Below are positions 59,298 to 64,000 of a DNA stretch of 64,000 nucleotides, piece by piece. The stretch comes from Flaccisagitta enflata. Taxonomy: Eukaryota. Positions within the stretch are counted from its first letter, which is position 1. Each line of letters opens with the position of its first letter. The translations under genes and the position numbers were made by a program. Where the stretch lies: positions 40,796,001 to 40,860,000 of the forward strand of contig OZ231126.1 in the NCBI GenBank assembly GCA_965153355.1, given 5' to 3'. Under the pieces are notes generated by a model. That model saw only the letters and a program-made list of their open reading frames with translations, had not been told where the DNA came from and did not search any database.

Positions 59298-61926
59298 TTT
59301 TTCTTTTGTGGGCGACGCGGTGTCGCAGACCGTGGCGGGTCCAGTGCGACACCCGACCCGACAAAAGTGCTACAACACAAGTTCACGGCTTTAAACTTCA
59401 AAGGGGAAAGAATTTGAATAATTGAGTGATTTTATGGGTGGCTTGGGGTGGAGTTGGGTGGGGATAGCTCAAATGATTGGTTAAATCCCCAATTAAATGG
59501 CATATGTATACTAAGCGTCCATGCGCAAATGTAAAGGTAAAAAGGTGAAAGAAAATTTTGGGAAATATATCGAAATATTGAGCAATGTTGAATCGTTTTA
59601 TTCAATGAAACAAGGCCGGATACACGGCTACCCTAGTCGCGTGCGGGTGGGCAGGAGCAGTGCTGGAGAAGGTCTCTAGGTAGAAGCCATATGCTCAAAA
59701 AGCTCAAAAACTACAGTCGCCCAGATGGGCATTATACGGTCAGCGACACTTCTTTGCCCTGGCTTTGGAGGATTGTGAGTTAGATGAGGGAGGGGTGAGG
59801 GCAGTTATTCCTGAAGGGGATGCAAGCCCTGGGAGGAAATAGGGGACCCTTTGTTTGTCCTGCTTTACCTGGAGGAGATGTTGGCATAGAAGGTTGACCA
59901 AAAGGCCTTCAAGAGCTTAATTTGAGGTCTAAGAAGGCTGATGTAAGGCCTGAGAATGCCAATTGGAAGCTTGAGAGGACTAATTTGAGGCCCAATTTAA
60001 CGCATGAGAGGACAGGTTTGAGGCGTGGGACTTTTGATGTGAGGCTGCGAGGCCTAGTTTGAGGTCTGAAAGGTGATTTGAGGCCTGAGAGGTTGGATTG
60101 AGGCGAGAGGCTGGATTTGAGGTTTGAGAGGCTGATTGAGTGCCACAGAGTGGTTGGATTTGAGGCCTGGGAGAGGCTGGATTCGGAGGCCAGGAGAAGG
60201 ATTCGAGGCCTGAGGTTGGATTTGAGGCCTGAGAGGCTGGACGCAGACCTGAGAGGCCGAATTTGAGGCCTGAGAGGTTGGACTTGAGGCCTGAGAGGCC
60301 TGAGATGGTGGGGAGGAATAAATTCAATTAACTAATGAACAGACGAACGAATACCACTGTAGAAATATAAGTCTCTTTTGGTTCACCTATAAAATACTGA
60401 TACCTACAATACATAAAGATAAATAAGAAAATTGGTGAGATTCAGAAAGGGCTTCTAAAATCTTTCTATCGGAGTCCAATCACATTCTGGTAGCTCAAAG
60501 CGTTTAGAAATGAGAGCAGCTCTGGAAGATTGCTTGTCACTTTGAAAATTGAGAAATGAATTGAGCAGTTTCAGCCATCTATCACCATACACTTGCTTGT
60601 TCAGTAGTATAAAGATTGACTGAACAAATGCCAGAGCTGGTGCTGGAAGAGTTTAGCTAACTTGATTCCCAACACTGATTACTCCTAAATGATTTCTGGA
60701 CTAAGTAAGACATGGCTTATTAATCCTATGACTTGTATGACTGGATATGAAATCGCACAAATGTTAGGTGATAAGGTTGACAGAAGATCCCTTAGAAGCT
60801 TTTCAAATCATTACAGTGGTCCATAGAAGCAGGCGTTTCCACGGCAGGAAGTTAGATGAAGTATTTAAACCATAATATGAATTGATTTATCATTATTTTA
60901 TGATTGAATGAGTTTTTGGTCCAAGTGAACGAAGACTTATGTTCTAGGTAGTAAAAGTCCCCCTGTGTTCTACAGGACTTTGTCTCTTTCGCCATGCCCA
61001 AAAACGCAAAAAGCAAATAGTCGCAAAAGCGTCAGATGGCCAGTGGCACTCTGTGCCTGCTCAAGTAGGCTTGGGAGTAATGAGGGAGGGAAGGAAAGAA
61101 GTAGCCCTGAAGGGCTGATGACCTATAAGCCACACAGATGAGGAATTTTCTCCCTCTAGCAATTCTGATTGGGGCCTTAGGCTTAAATTTAGCCTTGGGG
61201 ATGGTATTTAAGCGGGGATTTGGGCCTTAGGACTGGGATTTTGGCCTTGGAGCTAGGATTTAGGCCTTCAGGCTCGGATTAGGGCCTTCAGGCAGGGATT
61301 TGGGCCCTGAGTATAGGATTTGGGTCTTTGGGATGGGGTATGAGCCCCAAGGCTGGGATTTGGGCCATGAGGCTGGGATTTGGGCCTCGAAAATGGGATT
61401 TTTGGCCTCAAGAATGGGATTTGGGCCAGCCTTCAATGATAGGATTTGAAACTTGGAGGCTTGATTCAGCCTAGACTGGGATTTGGGGAAATTTCATAGT
61501 AGGATCGGGGGGGGGGGGAATGGAGAAGAAGGAGAAGGAGGAGGAGGAGAAAATTCCCCATATGTGAAAAAGCGTAGCACGCGACTAAAAATGACATGAT
61601 AGATTTTCCAATTGTTAGTGATAAACCATTGCAAAAAATATGTACATCTAAAGAAATATTTAAAAGAGGGGCGGATACACGGCCACCCCAGTTGCGTGCG
61701 TGAGGACAGGGGCAGTGATGGAGAAAATCACCAGTGCATTTTGGCAGGAATGGTGATCATAAAAACCTCACAAACGCCAAAAAAAAGTAATAGTCGCAAA
61801 AGCGTCTGGTGGTCTGCGGTACCTGTACCCTGCCCAGGTCGATTGTGATTGAAGTTGAGGGAGGGAGCAGGGCAGCGGCCCCGAAGGGATTGATGACTTA
61901 TGCTTTCACACATATGGGGAATTTTC

Positions 61927-63109
<1,183 letters not shown>

Positions 63110-63250
63110 CTGAAACCCCGGTAGTGACGTCATTTTAGTGACGTAATCGTGACGTAATCCATCCAACAGAAGGAGCAGAAGTTTGTGATGACCAGCCGTC
63201 AGCGTAAATGGCATTAGAATTAGAAATAACATAAACTTAAGATACGCCAT
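63110..63250 (-). CDS. ENPP-family (ENPP6-like) phosphodiesterase, first coding exon with signal peptide (MAYLKFMLFLILMPFTLTAGHHKLLLLLLDGLRHDYVTKMTSLPGFQ)
   Basis: Hydrophobic leader, then KLLLLLLDGLRHDY...SLPGF, resembling ENPP6 KLLVFLLDGFRSDY...SLPGF with the metal-binding Asp. ATG in acaATGg context; donor CAG|gtgatg, phase 0. Confidence 0.85.
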
Positions 63251-64000
63251 TGTTTGAGATATATTCTGCCTGGTCGGTGCTTTGTTTTTTTCTGTGCCTT
63301 TTGCTCTCTGTTGTTATTTAGTCGTCTGTTGTGCATTTGTTTGTTTCCTTCGCGTTTATTTTTTCTGTCATTTTTTGTTTTGTTTTCTATTTCTATTTTT
63401 CAGATCATTGTGTTTGATTCCTTTTTTCTCTCTCTTTCGTTCCTTTTACTTTTACTTTGTGATTTTATGTCCTGTTTTGATATGTTTATGTTCTTCATAC
63501 ATACATACTTTTTTTTTATATCTTTGTACTTCCTCGACAAAAAGTTTTTTTCACGTTTTAGAGGAAATTTTTCTACCTCCTCTTTTGTACTTTTTTCTTC
63601 TTTTTCCCTTGATTTTTTGATGTTTTGCGTACAGACACTACATTGAGAAAGTGTTATTATGGCCGATCGTCAGTTTCATGAATTTGCTCAAATTACTATT
63701 TTTTTTTCGCTATTTCTCATGCTGTGGCATGTATGAATTTAAAGCACAATCAATTGTATTGTTTTGTTTTTTCTTTCGTTGAGAGGCCTGTGAGCACTGT
63801 GTACTACGTCCACGATAAAAAGAAAAGCTGGTTTTCCCTTTTCCTCGCGTTCCACCGGAACGGTTGATCAAATCTACTTCTGTCTCATAAATTACAAGTT
63901 TTCCAATCCGTTTTCCCCCCCAAGTTCCCGTATCTTTTTTACCTTAAGTTTCTTTCTAAGGTTTTGCAATTGAGTCTTTTTTTTTTCATTGAGATTTTGC

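Overview
Repeat-saturated nuclear DNA from an animal, most likely an invertebrate (spliceosomal GT-AG introns, very dense microsatellites). Almost all long ORFs in the supplied track are microsatellite or minisatellite artefacts. Supported coding sequence: (1) five clean exons of mitochondrial ATP synthase Fo subunit b (ATP5PB/ATP5F1) on the minus strand, 46364-48310, whose ATG-bearing exon I could not identify with confidence; (2) two ENPP (nucleotide pyrophosphatase/phosphodiesterase) exons on opposite strands about 50 kb apart: a signal-peptide first exon (63110-63250, -) and an internal exon (12343-12488, +); (3) relics of a Penelope-like GIY-YIG retroelement with hammerhead-like motifs, and of a CR1/L2-type LINE. 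The rest is non-autonomous DNA elements: a hAT-like family (8-bp TSDs) inserted into a copy of itself, TA-targeting MITEs, a CACAGTG-ended palindromic MITE with RSS-like ends, a MITE carrying two divergent tRNA-like heads, and two abundant Helentron/HINE(DINE-1)-like families. Several insertions can be checked against empty-site paralogues inside the window. I cannot show a new biological system from sequence alone. The best leads are the split ENPP / headless ATP5PB arrangement, the RSS-like MITE, the dimeric hammerhead-like motifs and the nested-insertion hotspot.
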